Shown one piece after another: positions 13,065 to 25,927 of a stretch of 64,000 nt of DNA (position 1 is the first letter of the stretch; the number at the start of each line of letters is the position of its first letter). Origin of the DNA: Squalus acanthias (taxonomy: Eukaryota); the NCBI GenBank assembly GCA_030390025.1, contig CM059425.1:168146001-168210000 (forward strand), given 5' to 3'. Made by a program: the position numbers and the translations under genes. The notes under the pieces were generated by a model. It did not search any database, had not been told where the DNA came from, and worked only from the letters and a program-made list of their open reading frames with translations.

Positions 13065-13314
13065 AAAACACGGCTAGATACAAAGTAAAGCTCCTTCTCC
13101 TCCACCCTCCAATGTACCTCAGGCGTTAACCTCAAAAGAGCAATCCTACTGCACCTGTATGACATTTTTCCATTTCCAGAATCTCCATGAGGTTACAAAT
13201 TTAGTGCCCAACAGGAACTCGATTGAGACTGCCCAAATTTATTTCACAGAGGATTTGAACCTAGATCCTAAAGGCAAAATGCCAGTATCTAAACCACTGT
13301 ACTTCACAGTCCCC
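13065..13314 (-). mobile_element. Old tRNA-derived SINE, family unassigned
   Basis: Minus strand shows AGTGGTTTAG (A-box-like) and GGTTCAAATCC (B-box); left boundary uncertain. Confidence 0.45.
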
Positions 13315-13689
13315 CTCTCAGCATTTTAAAGATGTGGATCATGCCCAGTTTCACTCTTCATTCATCAAATGAAACAATTTCCATTATTCTTGTGGCGCCC
13401 AGAGCACTTCTACTCCTCTGCCCCACAAAAATAATGAAAAATTTACCTTTTTAGCCTCACTTAGCCTGGGCTGCCAGGCGAAACGGAATGGAGTATGCAC
13501 AGTGCACACTCCACCCTGTTGTGTCCCAGAATAGCAATCGATTTGCAGATAGCGTCAGCCAGATTGGGAGCACGAATGGGACAGTAAGCTTTACCCCAAC
13601 ATTTTAGGGGCGCTACTGCCCTTTTTCCACCCAGCAGCGCCAGTGAAATTCTCACACAAAAATGTCCTCTCAATCTGCTATCGCTTTTC

Positions 13690-13990
13690 CATTGGGAAAG
13701 TGGTGACGGTGTTTACGTCAGTGACTTGCTTGATGAACCTGTACACTGAGAATTAAACTTATAGAGCAGCTGTCTCCTGTCTGTAATTTGAAAGGAGTCA
13801 AAGGGATAAAAGCTCAAGATGGCAGTGGCCTTGTCTGGTAGTGCCATCTCTGTGATGAAGCTTGTCTGCAGGACAGATTGCAGCAGGTGGCACAGCTCCA
13901 TCACTGCCTCTTTGGTGAACCTCAGCACGTGAAAGCCCAGACAGTGGGCAAGGGAGCATACCTAAGCCATGCAAATTGCCTGGGGCAGGA
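13690..13990 (-). pseudogene. Harbinger (HARBI1-like) transposase N-terminal fragment
   Basis: LRFTKEAVMELCHLLQ...LSFYPFDSFQ aligns by eye with LCFTKEVATELCHLLE...LNFFATGSFQ at 39630-39775. Confidence 0.8.
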
Positions 13991-14964
13991 AAATAACGTG
14001 GTATCATTCTCTGTAAGGCGCCCAGTGAGCACCCATTGAGGAAAATCAGCACTTATATGTCTTCTAAATCAAAACATCTGAATTAGCTGGGTGCTAGATT
14101 GCTAAAATTGAAAGCAAACTTGCAGCTAAGCTACTAATCTATCACAAGATCTTCTCTGATGACTGGCAAATTAAGAATGTTGTTGCTGTTAATAAAGCAG
14201 GTGATACATATGATAAGCAACATATGATGAGCAAAGGCATATCTCTATTCTCGCCACTGTTCCCAAATTTAGAGAACAAGTCATTACATAATAATATACT
14301 TAAATACTAGTCAATCTCCCATCGCATTGTGCACAGGAAATTAAGATCAAGAGTAGTCTTCAGGTGAAGCAGTGTTTCAAAGCGGGGGAATAATTGGACC
14401 AGGGTGTGTAAACATAAATCAATCCCCATTTTAATGCCATACACTCTGTCCCTATTTTGTGTAATATTTTGATTCAATATAATAACATAGTTAAATAGCA
14501 ACATTTACTGAAATATGGGAAGCAGAGAAATAGAGTTGGGTGGAGCAAAGGAATTTCTCTGCAGTTCAGGCTGGGGAACTGGGAGGTGCAAATCAGAGAC
14601 ACTACAGTGCTACCACTGGTGAGAGACTGTAATTAATGTCTTTACATCGGCTTTTTCCATTATAAATGTGGACGCAAGAATTTATAATGGCAAATGTTAA
14701 TGTAACCATGTTAAATCTTTATTTTTAATTTATAATGTATAATGTCCCTACACGCATTTGTTGTTTTTTTCTTACACATAGCATTGGACGTCAGGTAAAG
14801 TATATTGCTTCAGTGAGTTTAAAATTCAGGTGTTCAAAAGCCACAGTACCACACATTGCATAAAGTTTTTCAATCAAAGCTATTTGAACCAGCTAAAGGG
14901 AAACTCTTTAAGATCACTATCAGGCACAAATCTTTTCTTTTACTAGACAAATATTGCACACTAA

Positions 14965-15165
14965 TCTGTCAGCTTGGCTGAGTTGGTAGCATTCTTATCT
15001 CTGTTTGAGAATGTTGTGGATTCAAGCTCCGTGCCAGCACTTGAGCTCATAATCTAGAGGACACTCTACTGAGTAATGGTGGAGTGCTGCAGTGTCAGAA
15101 TGGCTTTGCAACATTTCTGAGAGATTCTGTTAAATAAATTTACTAAATAAGTGCATCTTTCTTTA
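14965..15165 (+). mobile_element. Degraded SacSINE-like fragment
   Basis: Head similar to 11950-12100. Confidence 0.55.
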
Positions 15166-16084
15166 AGCATGCTCACCTCTCACTGTAGTTGTTCCTACCT
15201 GTACCATGTTTAGAATCTTGCATGCACTATTTTTACCTGAAGCATTTCATCAAAGACCACTAGCAGTTCTATGACTAGTTTTTTTCGTGTGTGTCAACCT
15301 TATATAAACCTAATTAACATCGTCCAGCCAGAATATCCATACCATCCACTTGAATACATTGTTTTTCCATGACAGCACATTGAACAAAATTAAAATGTTA
15401 TTTCACATACTGTGCTCTGTTGCCTTTTGATTGTTATTATTTTTTCCCTGAGCTATTTTTCAATATAGTCATCTTTACTGGCAAACTGCACAGAACACAT
15501 CAGTAGGCACCTGTTCTTTGGTATTTGTCACGTTAATTATTTCCTGTGTGATGAGGCAAAGCCAAAGCAACAATTACAGCTCAAGTACTGTATTTGGTTG
15601 CATGATTGATTTGGGTGAAATGTTTCTTTGGGGATTTTCAGTAACTCCATTGTATGCCATTTGATTTTTGAATAAAATTGTGAGCATTCAGTTAAAAACA
15701 CCTTATCAAATAATAGCTGGAGGGTTTAAATCTTTGGCTGTAAATGGAACAATTATTCATTTCTTGTTACAATTCATTCTGAAGAATCAAGGAATGCTGA
15801 TCACAGGTGAGGGAACATTAAAGGCATATTGTTCCAAACTGAAATTGAACATATCATTGCAAATTATATCTGGATTTGTTAAAGGGTATTATAGTGCAGA
15901 GTACTTCTGTAATTAATTGAATCATAGAAATTACAGATGTCTATTTAGTCTATCATACCTGTACTGGGTGCTAGCTTTTCAACTGGAGCTAGCTATTCCA
16001 ATCCAACTTCCCTGCTCTTTCTTTGTATCCTTTTATATTCTTTCCTTTCAAATACTTAAGCAATGCTCTTTTAAATGTATTGTT

Positions 16085-16362
16085 ATTTGTTCTTGGGATG
16101 TGAGTGACAGTGGCACGTTGGCATTTATTCCCCATCCTAGCTGCGCTGATAAGAAGGTGGTGGCCATCAGCTTCATCTCATTATTTGCATAAAAAGGATG
16201 GCTTGCTAGGCCACTTCAAAGGACATTAAGAGACTGGTGTCACATGTAGGCCAGACCAGGTAGGTTATGAAGGACATTAGTGAAGTCGTTAGGTTTTTAC
16301 AGCAATCCTTCAACTTTTATAGTAATTTTTCTGGTGCTAGCCCACAGAGTACCAGATTTAAA
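16085..16362 (-). mobile_element. Retroposon fragment sharing the 3' tail of the 49209-50490 LINE
   Basis: Degenerate GGGATGTG..GCATTTATTGCCCATCCCTAG tail; the same composite occurs at 45095-45845. Confidence 0.6.
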
Positions 16363-16539
16363 TTCACCTTATCAAATAATAGCTATAGCATCTAAACCTT
16401 TGGCTGTAAATGGAACAATTAAAATTATATTTATTGAACTCATGACCATAGACATGAAACTACCACTACCATACACCATAGCCGGTGTAAATAATGTTAT
16501 AGTCTCTGCCTCATTAATTAGCAATGTTGTAAAGTAATT

Positions 16540-16990
16540 CATGCTCTAATAATCCCCTGTGTGAAAAGAATCTCTTCAAACGTTTCCCTGTGTCCCTTTA
16601 GTAATAATCTTCAATCTATGCCCCTTTGTTACCAATTCGCCTTCCCCTTTTAAAGTCTTTCATAATTTCATAAATGTGAAACCTCTGCTGGATCCCCCTT
16701 AACCTTCTCTAATCCATGGGAAAAGTCACTTTTTCAAGCCTTTCTTATAACTATAAACCTTTTGTTCCTGGCATCATTCTACTGAATCATCACTGTGTCT
16801 TTTCCATGACTCTGATATCTTTTTTATAATGGAATGCCAGACTAACACAAAATATTTCAACTGTGACTGAACCAATGTCTTGCACAACTACAACATCACT
16901 TTCTTGCTTTTATATCTATTGTCCCTATGTATAAAACCCAAGAATCTCTTTTCTCTCTGGCCTTTTCTACTTGTACTCCCACCTTTGAAG
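16540..16990 (-). mobile_element. Old, degraded CR1
   Basis: Eroded similarity to the CR1 RT C-terminal region. Confidence 0.55.
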
Positions 16991-17904
16991 ATCTATGTAC
17001 CTGCACTGTTTGATCTCTCTGTTCCTCCACTCGGTTAAGCATCTAACCGTTGAGGGTTTACTAAAGACAACTAAAGAGGTAAGGGACAGCATAAAACTAA
17101 AGGAAAGGACATACAAAAATGCAAAAAAAATAGCACAGATCCTGGCGAATGGAAAAGATGCAAAGAACAGCAAAGGGTCACAAAACAGATAGTAAGAGCT
17201 ACAAAAAGAGAGTATGAAAAGAAACTTGCAAGGGATATCAAAATCAATACAAAGAATTGTTACAATTATATTAGGAAAAAGAGGGTGGGCAGGAGCAATG
17301 TTGGCCCCTTAAAAACTGAAAGTGGTGATATTGTCAATGACAATGGGGAAATGGCGGATATATTGAATAATTACTTTGCGTCAGTATTTACAGTAGAAGA
17401 AGAGGCTAGCATGCCAGAAATCCCAAGGAAACTAATATTGAATCGGGGACAGGGACTCAATAAAATTAACGTAAGTAAAATAACAGTAATGAAGAAAATA
17501 ATGGCACTAAAGAGTGACAAATCCCCAGGGCCAGATGGTTTCCATCTCAGGGATTTAAAGGAAGTAGGTGAGCACATTGGAAGATTATAGTTAGGGCATC
17601 TGCAAAGTTCTCGAGATTCAGGAACCATCCCTTTAGATCAGAAAATTGCGCATGTCACTCCACTTTTTAAGAATGACGAGAGAGGGAAACCAGGGAATTA
17701 TAGACCAGTTAGCCTAATATCTGTTGTTGGGAAATTGCTAGAGTCTATAATTAAGGATAGGGTGACTGAACACCTTGAAAATTTTCAGTTGATCAGAGAG
17801 AACCAGCATGGACTTGTGAAAGGTAGGTCATGCCTGACAAACCTGATTGAATTTTTTGAAGAGGTGACTACAGTAGTGGACAGGGGAATGTCTATGGATG
17901 TTAT

Positions 17905-18503
17905 AGAAACATAGAAGATAGGAGCAGGAGTAGGCCATTCGGCCCCTCGAGCCTGTTCCGCCATTTAATGAGATCGTGGCTGATCATCCAAATTCAGTAC
18001 CCTGTCCCTGCTTTCTCCCCATATCCCTTGGTCCCTTTAGCCTTAAGAAATATATCTAACTCCTTCTTGAATATATTTAATGAATTGGCCTCAACTGCCT
18101 TCTGTGGTAGAGAATTCCACAGGTTCACCACTCTCTGGGTGAAGAAATTCCTCCTCACCTCAGTCCTAAATGGCTTACCCATTATCCTTAGACTGTGACC
18201 CCTGGTTCTGGAGTGCCCCGCCATCGGGAACATCCTTCATGCATCTAGTCTGTCTAGTCCTGTTAGAATTTTATAAGTTTCAATGAGATCCCCTCTCATT
18301 CTTCTAAACTCTAGCGAATACAAGCCCAATCAACCCAATCTCTCTTCATATGTCATTCCTGCCATCCCAGGTATCAGTCTGGTGAATCTTCGCTGCACTC
18401 CCTCCATGGCAAGAACATCCTTCCTCAGATAAGGCGACCAAAACTGCACACAATACTCAAGGTGTGGTCTCACCAAGGCCCTGTACAACTGCAGCAAGAC
18501 ATC
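17905..18503 (-). mobile_element. CR1 3' fragment inserted antisense into CR1
   Basis: RALVRPHLEYCVQFWSP on the minus strand; GTTAT duplicated at 17900-17904 and 18504-18508. Confidence 0.93.
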
Positions 18504-19189
18504 GTTATTTATATGGAATTCCAGAAGGCATTTGATAAAGTCCCACATAAGAGACTGTTAACTAAGGTAGAAGCCCACAGAATTGAGGGCAAATTATTGA
18601 CCTGGTTAGGAAATTCGCTGAGCGGCAGGAGACACAGAGTAGGGATAATGGGTAGGTACTCTAATTGGCAGGATGTGGCTAGTGGTATCCCGCAGGGATC
18701 TGTGTTGGGGCCTCAACTATTCACAATATTTATTAACGACTTAGATGATGGCACAGAAAATCATATATCCAAATTTGCTGATGACACAAAGATAGGTGGA
18801 ATTGTAGGCAGTGTAGATGAAAGCATAAAATTACAAAGGGATATTGATAGATTGAGTGAATGGGCAAAACTGTGGCAAATGGATTTCAATGTAAGCAAAT
18901 GTGAGGTCATCCACTTTGGACCTAAAAATGATAGAACAGGGTACTTTCTAAATGGTGAAAAGCTAAAAACAGTGGATGTCAAAAGGGACTTGGGGGTTCA
19001 GCTATATTGATCCTTAAAATCTCAATAACAGGTACAGAAAATAATCAAAAAGGCTAATGGAATGCTGGCCTTTATATCTAGAGGACTAGAGTACAAGGGG
19101 GTAGAAGTTATGCTGCAGCTATACAAAACCCTGGTTAGACCACACCTGGAGTACTGTGAGCAGTTCTGGGCACCACACCGTAGGAAGTA

Positions 19190-19680
19190 CGCTCCAGGAA
19201 CAGCACCTCATCTTCCGTTTAGGCACTTTACAGCCTTCCGGACTCAATATCGAGTTCAACAATTTCAGATCATAACCCCGGCCCCTACCACATATGTATA
19301 CATTTTATCCACTCTTTTGGTCCGTGCCTTTTTCCTTTTTTTTTCTCTCTCTCCCCCCACGGCAGCTGTCTCTGATTCTGCCAGCATTTCACACCTTACC
19401 TTTTGTTTCTCAACCTGTCCCATTACCATCTCGTCTTGCCTTGAGCATCTCTCAATGTCTCTACTCACTAAAGACCATCCCTTTTGTTCTTTTATTCCTC
19501 CCCCCAGCCTCCCCCTTGCATTTTTATCTGTTTATTTCTTGCTCTCTCAGTTCCGACGAAGGGTTTCGACCTGAAACGTTAACTCTCTTTCTCTCTCCAC
19601 GGATGTTGCCTGGCCTGCTGAGTTTTTCCAGCGTTTTCTGTTGTTATTTCGGATTTCCAGCATCCGCAGTATTTTGCTAT
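19190..19680 (+). mobile_element. Penelope-like element 3' end (GIY-YIG C-terminus plus UTR)
   Basis: LQEQHLIFRLGTLQPSGLNIEFNNFRS*; 11-bp TSD CGTAGGAAGTA (19179-19189, 19681-19691). Confidence 0.9.
19549..19584 (+). ncRNA. Minimal type I hammerhead ribozyme motif (core variant)
   Basis: AGTT-CCGACGA-AGG(gtttcga)CCT-GAAA-CG-TT-AACT; U4 of CUGANGA is replaced by C. Confidence 0.7.
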
Positions 19681-20073
19681 CGTAGGAAGTATATATTGGC
19701 CTTGGAGGGAGTGCAGTGTAGGTTTACCAGAATGATACCCGGACTTCAAGGGTTAAGTTACGAGGAGAATTTACACAAATTAGGGTTGTATTTCCTAGAA
19801 TTTAGAAGGTTAAGGAGTGATCTGATCGAAGTTTTCAGGATATTTGGAGAAGAGATAGGGTAGATAGAGAGAAACTATTTCCACTGGTTGGGGATTCTAG
19901 GACTAGGGGGCATAGTCTAAAAATTAGAGCACAGACCTTTCAGGAGTGAAATTAGGAAACACTTCGACACACAAAAGGTGGTAGAAGTTTGGAACTCTCT
20001 TCCGCAAAAGGCAATTGATGCTAGATCAATTGTTAAGTTTAAATCAGAGATTGATAGCTTTTTGTTAACCAAA

Positions 20074-21093
20074 CTGTAACTAGTGGGGTGCCACAAGGAT
20101 CGGTGCTGGGGCCCCAACTATTTACAATCTACATTAATGACTTGGGTGAAGGGATCGAGTGTAATGTAGCCAAGTTTGCGGATGATACAAAGATGGGTGG
20201 GAAAGCAAGTTGTGCAGAGGGCTCAAAGAATCTGCAGAGGGATATAGACAGGCTAAGTGAGTGGGCAAACATTTGGCAGATGGAGTATAATGTGGGAAAG
20301 TGCGAGGTTATCCACTTTGGCAGGAAAAATAAAAAAGCAAACTATTATTTAAATGGAGAGAGATTACAAAATGCTACAGTTCAGAGGGACCTGGGGGTCC
20401 TTGTGCATGAAACACAAAAAGTTAGCATGCAGGTACAGCAAGTAATCAAAAAGGCAAATGGAATGTTGGCCTTTATTGCAAGGGGGTTGGAGTATAAAAG
20501 CAGGGAAGTCCTGCTACAACTGTACAAGGTATTGGTGAGACCACACCTTGAGTACTGCGTTTTGGTCTCCTTATTTAAGGAAGGATATATTTGCATTGGA
20601 AGCAGTTCAGAGACAATTCACTAGGTTAATTCCAGAGATGAGGGGTTTGACTTATGAGGAAAGGTTGAGCAGACTGGGCCTATATTCATTGAATTTAGAA
20701 GAATCAGAGGTGATCTTATTGAAACATAAGATACTGAGGGGGCTCGACAGGTTAGATGCAGAGAGGATGTTTCCCCTCATGGGGAAATCTAGAACTCGGG
20801 GGCACAGTCTCAGAATAAAGGGTCGCCCTTTTAGAACTGAGATGAGGAGGAACTTCTTCTCTCAGAGGGTCGTAAATTTGTGGAATTCTCTGCCCCAGAG
20901 AGCTGTGGAGGCTGGGTCATTAAATACATTTAAAGTGGAGATAGACAAATTTTTGCAAGATAAGGGAGTGAAGGGTTATGGGGAGTGGGCTGGGAAGTGG
21001 CTTTGAGCCCAAGATCAGCCATGATATTGAATGGCGGAGCAGGCTCGAGGGGCCAAGTGGCCTATTCCTGCTCCTATTTCTTATGTTCTTATG
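20074..21093 (+). mobile_element. Second CR1 subfamily inserted into the host CR1
   Basis: Restarts at VTSGVPQGSVLGP, FADD; has its own (TTCTTATG)n tail; no TSD seen. Confidence 0.93.
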
Positions 21094-21120
21094 TATTAAG
21101 GGATATAGGCCAAAGGTGGG

Positions 21121-21343
21121 TGACATGAATCATTCATGAAAGAAAGACTTATGAAATAATACTGAGTGGCCTGCAGGTGGCGCTGTCCAGGGAGAGTCTA
21201 AATACTCGGGCACGGGCCCAGCTTGCGCAAGACATTCTTAACAGGAACTAGTGAAGGACACAACTAGACCTCCATGTTGTAAAACAGTTGATTAAAGCTT
21301 TGTTTAACACTTAGACCAAGTGCCTAGTAGTTTTCTTACGTCA
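21121..21343 (+). mobile_element. Solo LTR, 223 bp
   Basis: TGAC...GTCA termini; 5-bp TSD GTGGG (21116-21120, 21344-21348); ATTAAA about 50 bp from the right end. Confidence 0.85.
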
Positions 21344-21444
21344 GTGGGTATATGGAGTTAGATCACAGATCAGCCATGATCTCATTGAATGGCGGAACAG
21401 GCTCGAGGGGCTGAATGGCCTACTCCTGTTCCTATGTTCCTACT

Positions 21445-22400
21445 TCTTTTCACTGTTCTTTTTCCCAAAATATACTTCCCTACATTTCTCTGCATTGAAT
21501 TGCACCTGCTATCTAACTACCCACTTTAGTAACTTGTCTGTGTTCCCCTGCAATCTCTTGCGTTCTTCCTCACAGCTTGCCATGCCCTGTAGCTTGGTAC
21601 CATCAGCTAAATTATTTATAGAAATGGAAAACAAATGAGATGCCACATGGATCTGTTGGACACAACACGGCCCACATCCAGCCCATCTGAAGCATATCCA
21701 CTTAACCCTATTATTTGCTTTTTGTCCTCTAGCCATCTCTTTCCTTACCATCATGTGCATTCATTTTCTAAACAAATCTCCTATTTGGCACCTTATCAAA
21801 CACCTTCTGAAAAACCATACTTACAACTTCTGCGACATTTATCTACAGATCTTACGATTTCCTCAAAAGATTCAACTAAAATAAGCCTGCTCTTACAAAT
21901 CCATGCCGATTGTTCCTGATTAGCCCATGTATTTCTACGTGTTCACTAATGTTATCCCATATTGTTTTTCCTGATGCTGCTGTCCTGTGCACTAGATAAA
22001 TGGAGCCCTTTTCAAGTGCCCTCCAAATGCAGTGACCTGAATCCAAGATTTTCCAAAGAATTTTTGAAATGGGAACAGTGCCAAAGGCCAGGAGGGTGGC
22101 AAATCTTGCAGTCCTGTTCAAGAAAGGAGAAAAGGATGATTCAGGAGATTATAGGCCAGTTAGCCTAACCTCAGTTCAAGGTTAATTCTAGGGGCTGATT
22201 TTCATGTCCTTTGTACCCAGGGAACATTTATTCCCCAGGCACAATGTACAGGAAAAAGGAGTGAAGACCCGTGAACAGGACTGTAACATTTGCCATCTTC
22301 CAGTCTTTTGGCACTTTGCCTAATCCAAAGATTCTTGGAAAGTTATGGCTACTGCCACTACTATGTCTTCCCCAACCTTATTCAGTCATTTTAGTCCCAT
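21445..22400. mobile_element. Old CR1 fragments in both orientations
   Basis: LADGTKL..LQGNTDKL and HGFVR remnants (-); KGEKDDSGDYRPVSLTS-like piece (+). Confidence 0.65.
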
Positions 22401-22493
22401 CAACTTTTTCCTTTTGAATATTTATCTCTATCAGTGGCTTTTCTACGTTCTACTACTCTCACCTTCCCCTGTAAAAATGAATGCAAAAGACTT

Positions 22494-22760
22494 GGCCCCG
22501 ATTTTAACTCCAGGTGAATTCCCCGCTCAGACCTGTGTTAAAATTACAGTTGCATCTCAATGATGTAATTGGGCCGCAACATGCATATGTAAAAAAGGAC
22601 CCTGTTGGCTCCGGGTTCGTGTCCTTGCTGCCAGCTCAGGAGAGCAGGTTAAAATTGCAGATGATGCAAACATGGCAGATTTTGGACAGGTAAGAGCCAG
22701 GGCGATTTTAACTGCCCACCCGTTAGGTTTCTGCTGAGCGAGTAGGGTTAAAATCCCCCC
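22494..22760. mobile_element. Harbinger-type MITE
   Basis: GGCCCCGATTTTAAC ... GTTAAAATCCCCCC imperfect TIR. Confidence 0.6.
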
Positions 22761-23679
22761 CACTTCTGCTCTTTTCATTGAATGTGACAAATTGTAGTAA
22801 ATATGTCTTTAAAAATTGTTTTAGGAAAAGAAAGGAAATGCTTACAAGTTTGAGAAATATTAAAAACATTTCTATCTTCACTGGACTCAGCCGCAAAAAA
22901 AAAGATGCTATTGTTTTGCTCCCTGGTTTTGCCAGTGGCAGTTAACAGCTTTATACAATATTTACAGGCAGACCAAAACATTTTATAGACTTCATGTTTA
23001 TCAGCAATGTAACATATATAAAATATAACTATTGGTTTCTACGAATGGTCAGCGAATTATGATTTAATCCATGACTCTCAATGAACATGGTTTACATAGA
23101 ATTCCATAGAATTTACAGCACAGGAACAGGCGATTTGGTCCAAAAGGTCTATGCCAGTGTTTATGCTCCGCACACACCTCCTTCCACCTCACTTCATCTC
23201 ATCCTATCAACATAAGGACATTGTCTTCTTACTGGTACAAGCATTCCATGTAAAATGATGAGCTTCTTTTTTAGATTTGCTCACTTTTAGCTTTGGGGAT
23301 ATTGCTCTTCATCACAAGGCATAGGTGTACTGTGCCCATAACCTGTTTATGGAAAGTACACACAGTTTGGTCTGTGGGCTTACGATAAAAATACCACAAA
23401 CGTTTCCTGCAAAACACTGTCAAGGCGTTGCCTAGGCCTTGCTTTGGCTACTGCTCAGAAGCACTCGACTGCTGACAGCTGGAACTAATCAACTAGTTTA
23501 GCTCTCAGCAGTTGGATTCACTCCATCCCACTGTTCCAGCTCATCGGTTTGGGAGGGAGAAAGAAAGCAAACAAAAGAAACATAATGCAATAAAAGTAAT
23601 TTAATATTAATACAAGGGAAACACAAAGTAATGATGTAAAAATGAAGAGAAAGGAAATGTTAAAAACCAAGGATAAAAC

Positions 23680-24745
23680 CACGAGTTGATTAGGCCTTTC
23701 ATTTATCACAGGAAAGCTGGCACAAATCTTCCAGAAATCGCTGAATATTGGAAGCTGGAAAAATGCAGATGTTACTCCCATTTTTAAAAAGAGTAGCAAA
23801 AGTGACCCAGAAAACGACAGACCAGTGAGCTTGACATCCATTATGGGTAAAGTTATGAAAAGCCTTATTAAAGAGATCATGCAGCATATGGATAGAAACA
23901 AAATCTTAAAAGATTGGCATGAAGGGGAGGTCTTGTCAATCTAACTGACTGTTTTTCTTTGAGGGTGTGACAAAGGAGCCTGAAAGGGGTAAGGCAGTGG
24001 ATGTGGTGTACACCAACGCTCCCTCTAAAATTTTGTGTGTGCAGTACCTTTAAATTTGCTGCAGGGAACAGCTTGTGAGCGGCCTGCGCAGTACCTTCCT
24101 GATCACTGCGCCGCCACGTACACACGCAGCTTAAAGCGAACATTGGTGTACACTGGATTTCAGTAAAGCCTTTGATACACTTCCTCTCAAAAGGCTTGTA
24201 CTGAAAATAAAGAAAGCAGGGATCAGTGGAAATATTTTACAATGGATATGTAATTGGTTGACCAATAAAACCCAGAAGGTGATGGTACAGGATTGTCATC
24301 CGTCTAAGAGAATTACCAGTGGGGTCCCACAGGGGTCTGTTTTGGGATCTCATTTGTTTAATATCTTCGTAAATGATCTGGAGCTACAAGTCACAAGCAC
24401 AATAGCTAAATTTGCAAATGATACAAAGCTAATGAAGGTGGAAGATTCCAAAGCTGAACAGGATAAGCTACAGGAGGAATTGAATATACTTGGGAAATGG
24501 GCAAATAGGTGGCAGATGAAATTTAATGTAGAAAAATGCAAAGTGCTTTGCATGGGGACAAAAAAATCCAGGAAGTGACTATTATGTAAATGGGAAGAAA
24601 ATAATGAGCACAGAAAATGAAAGAGATCGAGGGGTCCTGATTAACAATAAATGAAAGCTATCACAGCTGCTCAGTGGCAGTGAGTAAAGCAAATCAGATG
24701 TTGGGATGTATTAAAAGGCCAATATGGAGCCAAAATAGTGAGGTG
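23680..24745 (+). mobile_element. Degraded CR1 RT region
   Basis: RPVSLTS, SGVPQGSVLG, FAND, WQMKFNVEKC. Confidence 0.85.
24014..24145. mobile_element. hAT-type MITE
   Basis: CAACGCTCCCTCTAA/TTAAAGCGAACATTG imperfect TIR; 8-bp TSD GTGTACAC. Confidence 0.85.
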
Positions 24746-25927
24746 AACCTGCCACTTTATGGCCGGAACTCTCTACGGGGAGGTGGGTTGAGGGGGTGAG
24801 GGTGGGGGGGGGGCTGTGGGCCGAGGCAGGCGGGAAACCTGAGAGGCCGGGTTTCCCGCAGGCCCTGCCGACTTTACCGGCAGAGCCTACTTTGAGTGCG
24901 AGGCCTCGGTTTCCCGCCCGCAGCCATGATTAGTCAACAACTCCATTATCATTGTATCATGCGACTACCCGGAAAGTAGAAGACAAACTAGATGGACCTT
25001 GGTCTAGCAATTTCTATGTTCTTATAAAAAATAAAGTCACAAATTTATCATTAAATACAGTTGTGTGATGTTTATTCAAACATTTAAGTCTTTGCTAAGA
25101 AAAAAGTTGAATCCTGTTCAGTCATAAATTGCATGTAACTTGCAATAAACATGTGATCTATAAAATACCATGATCATACAATGCATGTAAACCTCAGGGA
25201 AAAGCGTGTACTGCAATCTGCCTGATCAAATATCACTGATTTTCTTCCTACAGGATGATGTCCTTTATCTACTCTGCATTTTTCCTCCCTTCTAATTTGC
25301 TCTTCTTTATAATAAAAACTTTAGTTCACGTAAACAATTGTTACAAATCCAAAAAGGAAACAAACATTTCACAATTAGCAATCAAGACAAATCCACATAT
25401 TTTTTAATTGCTTAGAGAGAGATATCATACACCGATATATATACTGGTATAGTTGAAGTACATTTTCTTAACATGCCATTTATAGGAGGCTACCTTGACA
25501 GGATAGTTATAAATATTTGTGCAGTCATTTTTTTTAATGAAGTCTCAAAGACTCCCTATTGAGCTGTCACTGTTGGTGTGCGACAGACTGATCAGCATAA
25601 TGTCTTATCCACACTGATTATATTTGATGCACTGCTAGACCAAAGTAAAATCCCAGTTAAAGATTTATACAATTCTGATTTCAGGAGAAATAACCGTTCA
25701 AACAATTTCGAGCTCTGAATATTAAGATATGAAAGTCAAAACTATCCAATTGGATGATCTAATTTTCTTCCCCCTCCCCAAGTGAAATCACAACAGGGTA
25801 TGTAACACGTTAAAGTTTAACTATATCCTGGGGAGATCACAGCTTTGTAAAATCTCTGATACACTGAGAAGGACACAGGTGATTTGAGGGGCAATATTAC
25901 TGGAGGAAAGGTACTTCTAACATAATA

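Larger units (their letters stand above)
17055..21442 (+). mobile_element. CR1 ORF2 plus 3' UTR, broken by four nested insertions
   Basis: Colinear pieces: KSPGPDG, FQKAFDKVPH, FADD, RPHLEYC, and a tail ending CTATGTTCCTA. Confidence 0.92.
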
